A stretch of DNA of 64,000 nucleotides from the NCBI GenBank assembly GCA_965203295.1, contig CBDBCZ010000013.1:448001-512000 (forward strand). Reading direction: 5' to 3'. This document shows positions 62,860 through 64,000 of the stretch, piece after piece. This DNA is from Nitrospirales bacterium (GTDB lineage Bacteria; Nitrospirota; Nitrospiria; Nitrospirales; UBA8639). Position numbers and translations under genes: made by a program. Numbering within the stretch: the first letter of the stretch is position 1; the number at the start of each line of letters is the position of its first letter. The notes under the pieces are model-generated. The model was not told the DNA's origin. It saw only the letters and a list, made by a program, of their open reading frames with translations, and did not search any database.

Positions 62860-64000
62860 CAGTTCACTAGCGTATAGTCCTACCTCCATCCAAATAACCA
62901 GGACTAGTGTTTCAATCCTCCCCTGAATGCTGATGGTTGAAGATGAGAGTGGGTGCACTTTCAATATCTCTTTTTCGATACAGCTTCGATGTTAATTGAT
63001 AGCTCAACTGATAAGGTGTCTAATACAAACTAGTTCACTAGACCAAGTCCTACCTCCATCCCAATAAACAGGATTAGTAGTTCAACCCTCCCCTGAATGC
63101 TGGGTGTGGGTGTGAGTGGGTGAACAGTCATGACAATAACTCCTTTTCGATACAATTTCGTTAGCTTATCGAAGGTCACACCCCCCTGATAGGTGGAAGT
63201 AAACTCAAAACTAGTTCACTAGTCCTACCTCCATCCCAATAAACAAGAGAAGTAGTTCAACCCTCCCCTGAATGCTGTTGTATTGATGGTTGTGGGTGAG
63301 AGTTGGTGAACAGTAAGTAACTCCTTTTCGGTACGATTTCGTTAGCTTAATTAAGTGACACCCCCCCTGATAGGTGGAAGTGAACTCAAAACCAGTTCAC
63401 TAGTCCTACCTCCATCCCAATAAACAGGAGAAGTAGTTCAACCCTCCTTTGAATGCTGTTGTAGTGATGGTTGTGGGTGAGAGTTAGTGAATTAACAGTC
63501 AATAACTCCTTTTCGGTACGATTTCGTTAGCTTATAGAAGGTCACACCCCCCTGATAGGTGGAAGTGAACTCAAAACTAGTTCACTAGTCCTACTTCCTT
63601 CCCAATAAACAGGAGAAGTAGTTCAACCCTCCCCTGAATGCTGTTGTATTGATGGTTGTGGGTGAGAGTTGGTGAACAGTAAATAACTCCTTTTCGGTAC
63701 GATTTCGTTAGCTTATAGAAGGCCACACCCCCCTGATAGGTGGAAGTGAACTCAAAACCAGTTCACTAGTCCTGCCTCCATCCCAATAAACAGGAGAAGT
63801 AGTTCAACCCTCCCCTGAATGGATGATTGTGGGTGAGAGTTGGTGAAGAGTAAATAACTCCTTTTCGGTACGATTTCGTTAGCTTATAGAAGGTAACACC
63901 TCACTGATAGGTGGAAGTGAACTCAAAACTAGTTCACTAGTCTACCTCCATCTCAATAAGCAGGAGAAGTAGTTCAACCTTCCCCTGAATGGTGTTGTAG
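62860..64000. repeat. Tandem array of ~170-185-bp units, at least 6 copies, running off the window
   Basis: Unit start ttcactag recurs near 62863, 63034, 63215, 63396, 63581, 63763 and 63933. Confidence 0.92.

Noticed and set aside
62860..64000. Possible CRISPR-like array
   Set aside because: Whole units repeat with no unique spacers; eukaryotic context; no cas genes

Overview
Eukaryotic, intron-rich animal DNA; short introns, gene content and repeat style suggest a demosponge (inference). Left half: a giant minus-strand RNF213/mysterin-like AAA+ gene. About 39 exons can be chained in phase from ~23.05 kb down to 411, and the gene runs off the window start. Its apparent 5' exons (23.5-29 kb) look decayed and one carries a LINE insertion. 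Right half: two tandem minus-strand paralogues for secreted proteins. They share an identical signal peptide, a homologous first Ig domain and a near-identical C-terminal GDPH-initiated inter-alpha-trypsin-inhibitor heavy-chain C-terminal (ITI_HC_C)-like domain, but carry different middle cargo: three more Ig domains in one, a DOMON domain in the other. This 'variable cargo + self-cleaving ITIH tail' cassette family is the best candidate for an undescribed system. The rest is dense in non-autonomous transposons (palindromic hairpin elements, DINE-1/HINE-like, CACTG-terminal, Kolobok-like, foldback, LINE fragments), including a four-level nest that splits a PHD finger. There is also a ~1 kb tandem duplication and a ~180 bp tandem array at the right end. 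All exon calls were made by eye from splice signals and reading phase.
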